Shown piece by piece: positions 48,283 to 59,396 of a stretch of DNA of 64,000 nucleotides (position 1 is the first letter of the stretch; each line of letters starts with the position of its first letter). Location: assembly GCA_035487275.1 (NCBI GenBank), contig DATHMG010000035.1:72128-136127 (forward strand), read 5' to 3'. The stretch is from Candidatus Acidiferrum sp. (GTDB taxonomy: Bacteria > Acidobacteriota > Terriglobia > Acidiferrales > UBA7541). The notes beneath the pieces are model-generated. The model did no database searches and was not told where the DNA came from. It saw nothing but the letters and a program-made list of their open reading frames with translations. A program made the translations under genes and the position numbers.

Positions 48283-48735
48283 TCAGCGCAGACCGGACCA
48301 GTCGTCCGCTACGAGAATGGAATCGCTGGGATTTGAGGGGTCGTATTTAACGCTGGCGGGTTGCCCGGCCACCAGCCGTTCGAAACGGATCTGGCCTTCA
48401 AGACCGGTAATATCCTGGGCAGTGTGATAGGTGACGCCAGAGATCGCGTAGCTGTAAGAAACCAACTGACGCAATTGATTGTCGGGCAGCGGCCGAGCGC
48501 CGAATCCAAACAATGGTTTCGGTTTCGCTAACGGCTCTGGAGGATGCTCGCCGAATTCCACAATCTGGCCCTCGGCGATGCGTCCGATCTGGTTCAGATG
48601 CAGGCGGCGCTTACGTTCTATGGCCTCAGTAGTTTCCGCGGGACGAGAAAACGCGTACCCAATCATGACTATCGCGACCACTGCGGCAGCCGCCATGGCT
48701 AGAATGATGTTCAGGTCCAGGAATACAAAATTCAA
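48283..48735 (-). CDS. Membrane-anchored hypothetical protein (DUF3592-like)
   Basis: N-terminal TM; YSYAISGVTY and VKYDPSNPSDS patterns. Confidence 0.7.
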   Translation of the reverse strand: MNFVFLDLNIILAMAAAAVVAIVMIGYAFSRPAETTEAIERKRRLHLNQIGRIAEGQIVEFGEHPPEPLAKPKPLFGFGARPLPDNQLRQLVSYSYAISGVTYHTAQDITGLEGQIRFERLVAGQPASVKYDPSNPSDSILVADDWSGLR

Positions 48736-48981
48736 CGTTCAGACTCCAGTCTGAGACTTCCGCGGACATCCGCATGAAGATTCCGTGTAGCGGCGGCAAC
48801 TTGATACAGCAACAGAAGGAATTGCGGCCCGGGAGCCCCCACGCAGCGTAGTTTACCGGAATCAACAATCGCGTGAAGTTGCGGCTGAGGAGCATGCGCT
48901 GGATTACGCAACACGCGACTAAGGCAATTTTTCAGTCGAACCTTGGGAAACTAGATCGTTTGGGCTCCTGACTGGCAGCGA

Positions 48982-49440
48982 TTAGCCGGCGCGATGGTGA
49001 GGGTGTTCGAAGTGTGCGGAGCGCGCTTTCCAGATGCACCTTCCAATCCAGGAGACTGTCGCGGCGATCAAATACAGAACCGCACCAATGGTGAATACCT
49101 CGAAGCTGCTGTACCACTCGCGCAAAGCAGAGAAAAATATACCTAGCGTCCAGTAGGTGATAGTCAGAATGCTCCAGGAAATAAGACTGGAGATGAGTAG
49201 GCTTGCGGGTTCGCGGAAGAAACCTAACACCGGGATAAATGCCAGCACGCCCATAATGGCGGCAGCTGCGAGATTGCGCTCCACGGAAATGCGGTCGAAA
49301 ATCGGAACACGATTGGCGAGATAGATCCAACCAGAAAAAGCCAACGATAGTCCCCCACCTGCGAGCAAGCCGATGCGCACTGCGGAGTTCCTGAACACGT
49401 GGAACTGTTGCGGCACATGAGTTTGTGGGCGAGCCAACAT
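48982..49440 (-). CDS. Four-TM hypothetical membrane protein
   Basis: ATG with GGAG upstream; four hydrophobic segments. Confidence 0.7.
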   Translation of the reverse strand: MLARPQTHVPQQFHVFRNSAVRIGLLAGGGLSLAFSGWIYLANRVPIFDRISVERNLAAAAIMGVLAFIPVLGFFREPASLLISSLISWSILTITYWTLGIFFSALREWYSSFEVFTIGAVLYLIAATVSWIGRCIWKARSAHFEHPHHRAG

Positions 49441-49473
49441 GGCTAACGGCTCCGACTACGATACAACCCGGAA

Positions 49474-50670
49474 TTATTGCAATGGTTGCGCTATTTCTAC
49501 GAGGGCCGGGGGACTTGGCGCACTCTCATTGCCTGCACGGTCCACTGCTGTGACCACATACCAGTAGCGGTGTGAGGGCTGTACAGAGGTATCACGATAA
49601 GCGGGCGTGGGCAACAACTCCGTTGTCAGAAGCTGACCTTTTGTGTCTGGGCGTTCACTGCGATAGACGCGATAGCCGGTAAAGTCCGGTTCTACGTTGA
49701 TAGACCAGGAGAGATCCACGACGGGAGAGTTATCTGTTTCGCCGGGCAGTACGGCTGCGGAAATGGCCTGCGGGGCCGCAGGTGGGAACGTATCCCGCGG
49801 CGTGACGATGATCGGCGTAGAGTCGGCCGATTCCAATGATGTGTTATTTCCATCGATTACGCTGCGGACCATATAAGCGTAAGTTTTGCCGAATTCGAAC
49901 GATTTATCGCTATAGGTTTGTTCCGGTTGTGAGGCCAGCAACTGCAGCTTGCCGTTTAAATTCAGCTGCGAAACGTCAGGTTTGGCGAGATTCGTAGATG
50001 CGGCGTCCAGCTCTGCACGATAAATATTGTAACGGACTGCGACAGTGAGCGGATCGCCCGCCGGCGTGCGATTCACCGCAGCCCAGCTGAGTTCGATGGC
50101 GGGCTCGGTGACACGAGCTTCGATCGACGCGACGCGCGCAGGTGGCAAGAAGATGCGCAACGAAATAATATTGGAATTGGCGGAGGCGCGTTTTTGTGAC
50201 AGGCGGGTGCGCACGGCGTAGATCACAATCTTGCCCTCTTGGGCGTTCGTTTCTTCGGGCGTCAAGGGATCGGTGAATTGGACTTTATCGCCGACAAAAT
50301 ATTTTTCGGCCAAGGCGCCGGGGATGGCGTCGACTACGCGAAGTGATTTTAGATCGGGCGAGCCATCGGGTTTTGTTGTGCCGCGGAGGACCTCGAACGC
50401 GGCAGTAGACAGCAGCCGGTCCCCAGTAATGGATCTGCCGGGCATTGTAAATGTGAGTTGCACGCCATCGCCGGCCTGACGCGAGGTCAGGTCGCTGATC
50501 GCAACGGCCACCGGCGGCGTAGGTGGGACGGGTTCCTGTGGAGCGCCGCAACCGGTCATGACTAGCAAAACAAAACTAATGCAGACGATTCCCAACATGC
50601 TGCCCGACATAAAGCTCGACGCGAAACTCTTATGGGGTTGCCATCGAAGTCTCGCGGGCAGGATGCTCAC
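49474..50670 (-). CDS. Lipoprotein with fibronectin type III domains
   Basis: Lipobox-like LVMTGC, GYRVYR, DTFPPAAP and YVVTAVDRAGNES; true start probably near 50610. Confidence 0.82.
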   Translation of the reverse strand: MSILPARLRWQPHKSFASSFMSGSMLGIVCISFVLLVMTGCGAPQEPVPPTPPVAVAISDLTSRQAGDGVQLTFTMPGRSITGDRLLSTAAFEVLRGTTKPDGSPDLKSLRVVDAIPGALAEKYFVGDKVQFTDPLTPEETNAQEGKIVIYAVRTRLSQKRASANSNIISLRIFLPPARVASIEARVTEPAIELSWAAVNRTPAGDPLTVAVRYNIYRAELDAASTNLAKPDVSQLNLNGKLQLLASQPEQTYSDKSFEFGKTYAYMVRSVIDGNNTSLESADSTPIIVTPRDTFPPAAPQAISAAVLPGETDNSPVVDLSWSINVEPDFTGYRVYRSERPDTKGQLLTTELLPTPAYRDTSVQPSHRYWYVVTAVDRAGNESAPSPPALVEIAQPLQ

Positions 50671-50703
50671 TCGATTGGGCTCTCCGTTTCAAAATAATGG
50701 AGA

Positions 50704-52143
50704 TTACAGGATGTAGCGGCTCAGATCCTGATTCTTGACGATGTCGGCGAGTTGTTTAGTGACGTAGGCGGCATCGATCTTGACGTTCTTTTTCTTTAGG
50801 TCAGGGGCCTCGAACGAAAGTTCATCGAGAACTTTTTCCAAAATGGTGTGTAGGCGGCGGGCGCCGATATTTTCCGTTTGTTCGTTGACACTCGTAGCAA
50901 ACCGTGCGATGGCGGCCACGGCATCGTCGGTGAAAACCAATTTAACACCTTCGGTTTCCAGCAGTGCTACGGATTGCTTGAGCAATGCGTTTTTGGGTTC
51001 GGTAAGGATGCGAATGAAATCTTCTTCTTTTAGGGATTGGAGTTCGACGCGAATAGGCAAACGGCCTTGGAGCTCCGGGATCAGGTCCGATGGCTTACTG
51101 ACGTGAAATGCGCCGGCGGCGATGAAAAGAATGTGGTCGGTGCGAATCATTCCGTAACGAGTATTGACGGTGGTGCCTTCGATAATCGGCAGGATGTCGC
51201 GCTGGACGCCTTCGCGGGAAACATCCGGGCCATGTCCCGATTCGCGACCGGCAACCTTATCGATCTCGTCGATGAAGATAATGCCCATCTGCTCGGCGCG
51301 CTCGACGGCAGTGCGAGTGACCTGATCCATGTCGAGAAGCTTGTTTTCTTCTTCCTGGATCAAGTATTCGAACGCATCGGCCACGGACATTTTGCGTTTC
51401 TTTTTCTGCTGACCGAACATTCCGGAGAGGACATCCTTAATATTGACGTCCATTTCTTCAACACCCTGATTGGAAATAATTTCGAAGGAAGGCATGGAGC
51501 GTTCGCGGACTTCAATATCTACCATGCGCTGATCCAGCTTGCCTTCGCGAAGCTGCACGCGCAATTTTTCGCGGGTGCGGTCGGTTTGTTCGCGTTGCGC
51601 AGTGACGTCCGCTTCACTGGCGCCTGTTGCGGGCGCTGGCGACGGCGGAAGCAGTAAGTCCAGGACACGCTCCTCGGCGGCTTGTTCCGCCCGGTCGGCG
51701 ACTTCGTCAAGCTTTTCCTCGCGGATCATATCGATGGAGGTCTCCACCAAATCGCGAACCATGGATTCCACATCGCGTCCAACGTATCCAACCTCGGTGT
51801 ACTTGGAGGCTTCCACCTTGACGAAGGGACAGCCTGCGAGACGCGCGAGGCGGCGCGCAATTTCCGTTTTGCCGACGCCGGTGGGTCCGATCATCAGAAT
51901 ATTCTTGGGCAGGATATCTTCAGCGATTTCAGGAGCGAGCTTTTGCCTGCGAACACGGTTGCGCAACGCCACGGCTACAGCGCGCTTAGCAGCGTTCTGG
52001 CCGACGATGTACTTGTCGAGTTCGACGACAATTTCTCGCGGTGTCATGTCGTCGAGTGCGGGTAGCAGTTCTCCCTCTTCGCTGGGAGCGGTTCCGTTGG
52101 CGCCGGGAGTGAGTACGATTTCTTTATCGGTTTTGGACGGCAT
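50704..52143 (-). CDS. hslU: ATP-dependent protease ATPase subunit
   Basis: [29 protein letters not shown] and C-terminal DLSRYIL. Confidence 0.98.
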   Translation of the reverse strand: MPSKTDKEIVLTPGANGTAPSEEGELLPALDDMTPREIVVELDKYIVGQNAAKRAVAVALRNRVRRQKLAPEIAEDILPKNILMIGPTGVGKTEIARRLARLAGCPFVKVEASKYTEVGYVGRDVESMVRDLVETSIDMIREEKLDEVADRAEQAAEERVLDLLLPPSPAPATGASEADVTAQREQTDRTREKLRVQLREGKLDQRMVDIEVRERSMPSFEIISNQGVEEMDVNIKDVLSGMFGQQKKKRKMSVADAFEYLIQEEENKLLDMDQVTRTAVERAEQMGIIFIDEIDKVAGRESGHGPDVSREGVQRDILPIIEGTTVNTRYGMIRTDHILFIAAGAFHVSKPSDLIPELQGRLPIRVELQSLKEEDFIRILTEPKNALLKQSVALLETEGVKLVFTDDAVAAIARFATSVNEQTENIGARRLHTILEKVLDELSFEAPDLKKKNVKIDAAYVTKQLADIVKNQDLSRYIL

Positions 52144-52265
52144 CGGATCCTTCTAAATTAATTCCTTAACTACGGAGCGGCGTCTAATTCGTCACAATGT
52201 AATGCAGCCAATTAAGCCCGACTATAGGATGCATTGTCGAACCTTTGTGGTTGATATACCCGCTG

Positions 52266-52790
52266 CTAGATCTCCTCAACGGTAAAATTCGCATTGGTAT
52301 AGATGCAAATCTCGCTAGCGATGCGCATGGCTTCCATGGCCAAATCTTTGGCGTTCAATTTGGAGTGCTTTACTAACGCGCGCGCCGCGGCTAGCGCGTA
52401 GGAGCCACCGGAACCGATTGATACAATCCCGTCGTCGGGTTCAATGACGTCGCCATTGCCTGACAAAATGAACGTGCCTTTGTTATCGGCGACGATCAGT
52501 AACGCTTCCAGATGGCGGAGAGCGCGATCCTTACGCCATTCTTTGGCGAGTTCGACGGCGGATTTCTGCAAGTTGCCAGAATGTTCCTGCAACTTGCTTT
52601 CAAAGCGTTCGAACAAAGTGATGGCGTCAGCGGTCGATCCCGCAAAACCAGCAATAACTTTATCGTTATAGAGCCGGCGGGTTTTGCGGGCGGTGTGTTT
52701 CATGACGTGATCGCCCATGGTCACCTGGCCATCGGCGATGAGCACGACTTTGCTGTCCTTACGCACGCACAGAACGGTGGTTCCGTGCAT
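52266..52790 (-). CDS. hslV: ATP-dependent protease peptidase subunit
   Basis: [22 protein letters not shown] and CIYTN. Confidence 0.97.
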   Translation of the reverse strand: MHGTTVLCVRKDSKVVLIADGQVTMGDHVMKHTARKTRRLYNDKVIAGFAGSTADAITLFERFESKLQEHSGNLQKSAVELAKEWRKDRALRHLEALLIVADNKGTFILSGNGDVIEPDDGIVSIGSGGSYALAAARALVKHSKLNAKDLAMEAMRIASEICIYTNANFTVEEI

Positions 52791-52909
52791 CAGTGCCTCT
52801 CCCTGGGTATAAGGCATTCAAATATTATACCGCTGACCACCTTCCGGTCCCTAAATTCGTGTGAGTGGGCAGAATTTTTCTTAGCTGGACGAAAGCGTTC
52901 CGGTAACTT

Positions 52910-54862
52910 TTATGTTCGCGCCGCGAGCGCCAAGGCGTTGCGATGAGCGATAGCTTCGATGGTGATCATGGGATTGACTCCAGAAGCGCTTGGAAAACTG
53001 GAGCCGTCCATCACGAAAAGATTGCGCACTTCCCACGTTTCGCCGTCGGGGTTGGTGGCGGACGTCTTGGGAGAACTGCCTAGGCGGGCCGTCCCCATGA
53101 TGTGGAAGGAGAAAAGTGCGAGTCGGCCGGAATCCCAGCCGGCAGAATCCATAGCATGCGTAAAAGAATCGATTGAGCCGTGGCGGCCTGGCTCGTAAGC
53201 ACACCATTTTGCGTGCGGCGAAAATATATGGCGGGCGCCCGCCGCTTCAAGGATGCGCGCCGCGGAGATAAATCCCTGGCGCAAGTGGCCGCGGTCGAAT
53301 GGCGAAAGAGCATAGTGCGCGACGGGGTGGCCTTGCGGATCGGTGGTTACGCTACCGCCATCTTTATCGCGGAGAAGTACCCCGATGCCTACGGTGTTCG
53401 AAAGCCATGCAAGAAAGGAGCGATGCTGTTGCGGATTGCGCCACGGTAGCGCGGCCACGGCGATCACCGGTTGCATCGCGGTGGTTTCATATTTCACGCC
53501 AAAATTTCCGGTCATGGAGCGATGTTCGTCGGAGTAGATCGCCTGCATAGTTCCTTCCCAGGGACGGATTTCTTCGTCGAACACGCCGTTGACGTTGGAG
53601 ACAGGATGTAAATGCAAGTGCTTGCCAATATGTTCGTTGCGAAGGCCAGAACGGCTCAGCAGTGCCGGCGTATGAATGGCGCCGCAGGCTACCACCACGG
53701 ATTTGCAGGTGATCGAAACGCGATGCCCGCTTTTCGAGACGGCTTCGACGCCAGTGACATGCCCGGCTTCAATGCGAATTTTCTGAGCGCGTGTTTCGGT
53801 GAGGATACGCGCGTGATTTTTTTGTGCGTCGGCAATCCACGTTTTTGTCACAGATTGTTTGGCACCTAAGGCGCATCCGACTCCGCAATAGCCACATATT
53901 TCTCCCTGGTCGCAGCCGATCACGTTGCGGGGCATCGCGTCAACGTGCCAGCCCAGGGCGCGCAAACCACGATTCAGAATTTGCTCGCGCGGGGAAATGC
54001 GATTGTGGTTGTTGTTTACGGAGAGCCGAGCGCACACGGCATCAAGGCTGCGGGTGTATTCATTTTGCGTGAACCATGGGACGCCACCGGCGCCCCATTC
54101 CGCGCGGATATCGTCGGGCGTTCGAAACGAGGTGGTGTAGTTCACCACGGTGCCGCCGCCCAAACATTGGCCCGCTAATAACCCGACACTGTGATCGGCG
54201 GTCGCGGCAGAGCCACCTTCGGTATACAAGCGCTGGTAGCCGGCAAGTTCCGCGCCGTCGAAATCGGTGTCATCGTAATATCCTCCGACTTCGAGAATGA
54301 TCACGTCTTTACCGGCAGCCGAGAGGACGGCTGCCACGGTGCCGCCACCGGCCCCGGAACCGATAATGCAGATTTCACAGGAGAGTTTGGTTTCTTGTTG
54401 AGGAACGAGTGTGGTCAACTCACGCGAGGAGTTGGAGCGAGCGCCGAGGTTCGGTGGACCTGGATACCCAATTTTGTCCCATACCGGCGTTCGCACGCCC
54501 TGCAGGCACGGCAACATTACGTAAAGGTAAGAGACGGCTTTTCGCAAAGCCTGAAACGCGGCGCGGCGGCGGCCAAGCGAGCTTTCGGCCCACGAGAGCA
54601 AGACGCGAACGCGGGCTTCTTCGGACAATTTCGAGAATCGCGAGGTACGCTTGAGCGAAATCATAGTGTGCAGTTGCGAATCCCAGAAGTTGAGAAGCTG
54701 CAGAAATTGTTTATGATCGCCGCGACGCGGATTGAAATCCATGGCCTCGGCGATCGCTTGCGGAACGCCTAGTTCAGAAGCCGATGGCCAGCCATCAGCT
54801 GCGGGCGCGAAAGTGTCACAAATTAGTTGCAAGGAATGCTGCTGGCGGGAAGTTAATTTCAT
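52910..54862 (-). CDS. GMC oxidoreductase (long-chain alcohol oxidase-like)
   Basis: IGSGAGG, LGGGTVVN, HIMGTARLG and DGSSFPSASGVNPMITI. Confidence 0.88.
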   Translation of the reverse strand: MKLTSRQQHSLQLICDTFAPAADGWPSASELGVPQAIAEAMDFNPRRGDHKQFLQLLNFWDSQLHTMISLKRTSRFSKLSEEARVRVLLSWAESSLGRRRAAFQALRKAVSYLYVMLPCLQGVRTPVWDKIGYPGPPNLGARSNSSRELTTLVPQQETKLSCEICIIGSGAGGGTVAAVLSAAGKDVIILEVGGYYDDTDFDGAELAGYQRLYTEGGSAATADHSVGLLAGQCLGGGTVVNYTTSFRTPDDIRAEWGAGGVPWFTQNEYTRSLDAVCARLSVNNNHNRISPREQILNRGLRALGWHVDAMPRNVIGCDQGEICGYCGVGCALGAKQSVTKTWIADAQKNHARILTETRAQKIRIEAGHVTGVEAVSKSGHRVSITCKSVVVACGAIHTPALLSRSGLRNEHIGKHLHLHPVSNVNGVFDEEIRPWEGTMQAIYSDEHRSMTGNFGVKYETTAMQPVIAVAALPWRNPQQHRSFLAWLSNTVGIGVLLRDKDGGSVTTDPQGHPVAHYALSPFDRGHLRQGFISAARILEAAGARHIFSPHAKWCAYEPGRHGSIDSFTHAMDSAGWDSGRLALFSFHIMGTARLGSSPKTSATNPDGETWEVRNLFVMDGSSFPSASGVNPMITIEAIAHRNALALAART

Positions 54863-54960
54863 CAGCAGGAGCAGACTAACAAAAAGATAGTCAGTGCGGG
54901 AAGGAAGCGGCAGGCCAGCAACTGAGGCACCCGAAAGAGACTGGAAGGGGTTTCAGATGA

Positions 54961-55836
54961 TCAGTCTCGGGCGTTCCTGTATCTATCTTTGTCCTTTTTG
55001 TTTCCGACTTGAGCATAGCGCTTTTCGAGCGCGGTCTTGGTGAACATATCTTCGGGAAGATGCGGATCGAAAGTGCAGATGTCGTAGAAGGCTTGGTAGT
55101 AGCGTTGGCCGTTGCGTTCGCGGGAGACTTGCAGCGCAATCATCACGCCACCTATGCGTTGGTAATTGGTATAGATGGTGGTTTCTTCCGTGCGTTCCTG
55201 AGTATTTTCGTCAACGGAGTTGATCACGCTGTGCAGCAATAAATGCGAGGTGCGGTCGATACCCAGTCGCAGGGTGCGCTGGCCATCGGAAATTTCCACC
55301 CAGTCGACCGGGCGCATATCGACGATGCCTTGTCCCGCGTAATACAAATTCAAACTTTGATCTTTAAGGCCGGAGCGCAGCACATTATCCACGTTGTATT
55401 TCACCGCCGCTGCGAAATCAGAGACCGCTTGGGCCGGCTCTTCACTCACGCCGGCGCGATCCATGGTCCAGCCTTGGTTGCCGTCGAACGCGTCGATGAC
55501 ATTGCCCTTTTTGGAGTAGTCGATGCGGTGCTTGTCGGGGTAACGCCAATAATCCTTGAAGTCGATGAAACCCATGAGTTCGCCGGCGTGCCCGAATTGC
55601 GCGCGTCGGCCGTCGCATTCGCGCTCACGAACTTCGAGATAGGCGGGGCCGCCGAGAGCTTCCGTCAATTGGCTGAGAATCTGCCGGGCTTTGGCGACGC
55701 GCTGCTCCGGCAGCATGGTATCCGGATTTTGCTCCGGACGCACCGCCGCGATAGCCCCATTGCTCGCGATGTACGCGGCGCTCATAAGAACGAGACACGA
55801 CAATAGAGCCCAAACTTTCGAAAACCTCAGCCACAC
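54961..55836 (-). CDS. Exported hypothetical protein (possibly LolA-like beta fold)
   Basis: Signal peptide, ALGG, PDKHRIDY, FDGNQGW and YTNYQRIGGV; overlaps the SDR stop. Confidence 0.7.
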   Translation of the reverse strand: MWLRFSKVWALLSCLVLMSAAYIASNGAIAAVRPEQNPDTMLPEQRVAKARQILSQLTEALGGPAYLEVRERECDGRRAQFGHAGELMGFIDFKDYWRYPDKHRIDYSKKGNVIDAFDGNQGWTMDRAGVSEEPAQAVSDFAAAVKYNVDNVLRSGLKDQSLNLYYAGQGIVDMRPVDWVEISDGQRTLRLGIDRTSHLLLHSVINSVDENTQERTEETTIYTNYQRIGGVMIALQVSRERNGQRYYQAFYDICTFDPHLPEDMFTKTALEKRYAQVGNKKDKDRYRNARD

Positions 55837-56591
55837 AAGACCGATCCTCCATTTACATTGATGACCTCGCCGGTCATGAAGTTGGCTAGATCGGAGGCCA
55901 GAAACAGAATGGGCCCGGCAATTTCTTCCGCGGTAGCGGCCCGCCCGAGTGGAATGGCGGCGGCGACCATTTTTTGGCCGGCTTTCGAATTGAGGACGTC
56001 ATTGGACATATCCGTGGCAACCCACCCGGGCGCAACGGAATTAACCAGAATGTTATGACGAGCGAGCTCCGAGGCTAGCCCTTTGGTGAGGCTGATAATT
56101 CCGCCTTTGGATGCCCCGTAATGCGTGTGTAACGATTCGCCGCGTTGTCCTGCGGTGGAACTGATAGGAATGATTTTGCCGGATTTTTGCTTGATCATGT
56201 GCGGCACGGAAAAATGAATGATGGAGTACACGCTGGTAAGATTCACGCGAATCATGTCGTCCCATTGCTTCTCGGTCATTTTCTCGATGGGTAGATTGTC
56301 GCTGTTCCAGACACCGGCATTGGGAACCACGATGTCCAGGCGCCCCAGGCGGGATATCGCGAAGTCCACCAGCTTTTTGTTATCAGCGTGACGGCCAACA
56401 TCGGCTTTGAAGGCTTCCACGCGGGTGCCGTGCTTTGCTGCATCCTGCTCGACCTGCGCGGCGGGCTCTTTGGATTTGTAATAATTGAATACTACGTCCG
56501 CGCCGGCTTGGGCGAAGAGTTTGACCGCTGCCGCGCCTATGCCTCTGGAACCCCCCGTAATCAGTGCCGCCTTGCCCGCCAATGAAATCAT
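55827..56591 (-). CDS. Short-chain dehydrogenase/reductase (FabG-like)
   Basis: TGGSRGIG, NAG, YGASK and APGWVATDM; ATG at 56591 after GGGGG. Confidence 0.92.
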   Translation of the reverse strand: MISLAGKAALITGGSRGIGAAAVKLFAQAGADVVFNYYKSKEPAAQVEQDAAKHGTRVEAFKADVGRHADNKKLVDFAISRLGRLDIVVPNAGVWNSDNLPIEKMTEKQWDDMIRVNLTSVYSIIHFSVPHMIKQKSGKIIPISSTAGQRGESLHTHYGASKGGIISLTKGLASELARHNILVNSVAPGWVATDMSNDVLNSKAGQKMVAAAIPLGRAATAEEIAGPILFLASDLANFMTGEVINVNGGSVLCG

Positions 56592-56685
56592 CTGTCCCCC
56601 AACGATATTTGAAGCATACGTATAAACTTTTCGCCGGAACTTTCCGGTTACCTGCGGACCGTTTTTCTCGGCAGGATCTGCGCAG

Positions 56686-57453
56686 CTAAATTTTTTGCGC
56701 GACCGCGCTCCGAGCTTGACTGGCCGCGGCAATGAAGTCTTTAAACAATCTTTCAGAAATGGCATCTCCGAACATGCGTTCGGGATGCCACTGCACGCCG
56801 ACGATCCAATTCGAATCGCCGGTCCACTCGACCGCCTCGATGGTGCCGTCGGGAGCGTGCGCGGTGACCTGCAAGCCTTTTCCTACGCGCTCCACCGCCT
56901 GATGGTGCGAGCTATTCACCGGCGCCTCAACAACACCAGCAATTTTGGCAATACGACTTGCCGCCTCAAAGGTGGCGGCATGAACCGGGTCGGCCTCCGG
57001 TTCTGGCACGATGTCGTGCTTGGTATGCGCTATGGGCGTGTCTGTCTCCTCACGCAGGTCCTGAATTAGGGTGCCGCCCAGATAAACATTCAGGAGCTGG
57101 CAGCCGTAGCAAATGGCCAGGACCGGTTTTTTTTCGCCGAAAGCGTGCTTCAAAATGGCGCGATCGGTATTTTCTCGCGGGGCATCGGGAGGCTCGGATT
57201 TGCCGCGATTTACCTCCCCGTATTTGGAGGGTTCGACATCGGCAGGGCTCCCCGGTAGCACGAAGCCATCCAGGCTCGGTAATAGCTCCTGGAGCTCTTC
57301 AGGATGCCGCAGAGACAGCAGCACTGGCTCACCACCGGCGGCACGCACGGCGTCCTGATAATTCTTGGTCTTGGCGAGATTGACTTCTGTCTCTTCCGCA
57401 GAGGTCCGCCAAGGGATCCCCACTCGTGGGGGTTGTAATTTTGGGGGGGGCAT
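56686..57453 (-). CDS. Class I glutamine amidotransferase-like hydrolase (peptidase C26 / PuuD-like)
   Basis: LPGSPADV, AICYG, VNSSHHQAV and GVQWHPE; start uncertain. Confidence 0.88.
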   Translation of the reverse strand: MPPPKLQPPRVGIPWRTSAEETEVNLAKTKNYQDAVRAAGGEPVLLSLRHPEELQELLPSLDGFVLPGSPADVEPSKYGEVNRGKSEPPDAPRENTDRAILKHAFGEKKPVLAICYGCQLLNVYLGGTLIQDLREETDTPIAHTKHDIVPEPEADPVHAATFEAASRIAKIAGVVEAPVNSSHHQAVERVGKGLQVTAHAPDGTIEAVEWTGDSNWIVGVQWHPERMFGDAISERLFKDFIAAASQARSAVAQKI

Positions 57454-57556
57454 GGAACCCATGAATCCTAGCATCCCAGCCAGAAGGCCAGCAACCCGGC
57501 GGGGGGCGGCAGGATGACCGGGGGCGACCACCGCTAGACAAGTCGAAGCTTAAGGC

Positions 57557-58753
57557 TTAGGCGAAGTCAGGGTGAGAGGCGCGGGCGTATGTTTTATCGA
57601 GACAGAACGAAGGCTGATGAAAGAACGGCGGTAGAGCGCGAAGACTGGCGGAAAGTTGCTCGAAGGAACTGCTCCACAGAGTGATGTGGCCCAACTTGCG
57701 GCCTGGGCGAGGCGATTTACCGTAGAGGTGCAGGTGGGCGCCCGGAATGGCAAGAACCTCGGCACCGGCCGGCGTTTCGCCAATCAGATTCAGCATAGCG
57801 GCGAAACCATAGACTTTCGTGGAGCCAAGAGGCAAATCCAGAACGGCCCGCAGATGATTTTCGAACTGGCTAGTTACCGCGCCTTCGATCGTCCAGTGTC
57901 CGGAATTGTGGACGCGGGGCGCCATTTCGTTGGCCACCAGGCGCCCCTGATAGTCGAAAAACTCGATGGCCAAAACGCCGGCGTAGTCGAGCTCGGTAAG
58001 AATGCGGCAAGCGATGTCTTCCGCTTCCCGTTGAAGATCGGGCGCAAGCGATGGGGCTGGTGCGATGGAAAGCCGTAAGATGCCGCCGTGGTGGCGATTC
58101 TGCACCAGGGGGTAGAAGACGATGTCCCCATTACGTGCACGAACACCAAGAATGGAAAGTTCCCGGGTGAAAGAAATGAAGCGCTCCAGGATAAACGGTG
58201 CTGAATCGTGTGAGGCGTGCGCGCCGTTCATATTTGGCGCTTTGGCGAAAGTGTCTGCGATTTCGTCTTTTAACTTGTCTACATCGGCAGCCGTTCGCAA
58301 TATCCACTGACCCTTGCCGTCGTAACCGAAGCGAGAAGTCTTCAGCACCGCCGGGAAACCGATGGCGGTCACCGCGGCGTCCAGCGATTTCAGATTATAT
58401 ACTGGTGCGAACTCCGTTGTGGCGATTCCCAGCTTGCGAAATAAGGCTTTTTCTTTCAGGCGGTCTTGCGCAACCTCCAATGCCGCCGGCGGAGGAAAGA
58501 CGGGAACGCGTTCACTGAGAAATCTGGTGGCGGCGACGGGGACATTTTCGAATTCGTAGGTTACGAGTTCAAGCCCGCTGGCAAATTTTTCTAGTGCGGT
58601 TTGATCATCAAAATCAGCGGTGACGCGTTGCGCGATGCGGCCCACCGGCGCTTCCGGAGAAGGGTCGAGAAAACGGAACCGCAAACCAAGCGGATAGCCG
58701 GCCAGCGCGAGCATGTATCCGAGTTGACCGCCACCGAGGATGCCGATGGTCAC
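57557..58753 (-). CDS. purK: N5-carboxyaminoimidazole ribonucleotide synthase
   Basis: [31 protein letters not shown] and GRKLGH. Confidence 0.97.
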   Translation of the reverse strand: MTIGILGGGQLGYMLALAGYPLGLRFRFLDPSPEAPVGRIAQRVTADFDDQTALEKFASGLELVTYEFENVPVAATRFLSERVPVFPPPAALEVAQDRLKEKALFRKLGIATTEFAPVYNLKSLDAAVTAIGFPAVLKTSRFGYDGKGQWILRTAADVDKLKDEIADTFAKAPNMNGAHASHDSAPFILERFISFTRELSILGVRARNGDIVFYPLVQNRHHGGILRLSIAPAPSLAPDLQREAEDIACRILTELDYAGVLAIEFFDYQGRLVANEMAPRVHNSGHWTIEGAVTSQFENHLRAVLDLPLGSTKVYGFAAMLNLIGETPAGAEVLAIPGAHLHLYGKSPRPGRKLGHITLWSSSFEQLSASLRALPPFFHQPSFCLDKTYARASHPDFA

Positions 58754-59364
58754 GAGGATTTCCTAGACTTAATTGCGCGCCGTTCGCGGCGGTTTTTTTT
58801 GAATCGCGCGGGTACCGAAGGATCGGGAGCTTCGAGGACACGATTGGTTTGAGAGTCGCGAAACCGGCTCAGAGATTCTCGAATTGCCGGATATTTGATG
58901 CCCAGAATGGCTGCAGCGAGCAGCGCGGAGTTGACGGCTCCGGATTTGCCGACGGCCAAAGTGCCTACCGGGATTCCGCCGGGCATCTGGACGATGGAGA
59001 GCAGAGAATCGAGTCCTTTGAGAGCTTTGGACTCTACGGGAACTCCTAAAACGGGCAACACCGTTTTCGACGCAGTCATGCCCGGAAGATGCGCGGCGCC
59101 GCCAGCCCCCGCGATAATAACTTCGATGCCGCGCGCTTCGGCGCCGGAAGCGTATTCGAACAACAGATCTGGAGTGCGGTGGGCGGAGACGACTTTTGTT
59201 TCGTGGGGAATGCCTAGCGCCGACAAAGTTTTGGCGGCAGGTTCGAGAGTTTCCCAATCAGAGGAAGAACCCATAATCACGCCGACGAGCGGATTGGCGG
59301 GCAAATGGTTGGCGTTATCGCGCGGCGATGATTTCTTGTCAGGCATCTCGATGATGCGTTCCAC
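58750..59364 (-). CDS. purE: N5-carboxyaminoimidazole ribonucleotide mutase
   Basis: [22 protein letters not shown] and [11 protein letters not shown]. Confidence 0.97.
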   Translation of the reverse strand: MERIIEMPDKKSSPRDNANHLPANPLVGVIMGSSSDWETLEPAAKTLSALGIPHETKVVSAHRTPDLLFEYASGAEARGIEVIIAGAGGAAHLPGMTASKTVLPVLGVPVESKALKGLDSLLSIVQMPGGIPVGTLAVGKSGAVNSALLAAAILGIKYPAIRESLSRFRDSQTNRVLEAPDPSVPARFKKNRRERRAIKSRKSS

Positions 59365-59396
59365 TTAACGGTAATGCAAATGATGAGGCGGATATT

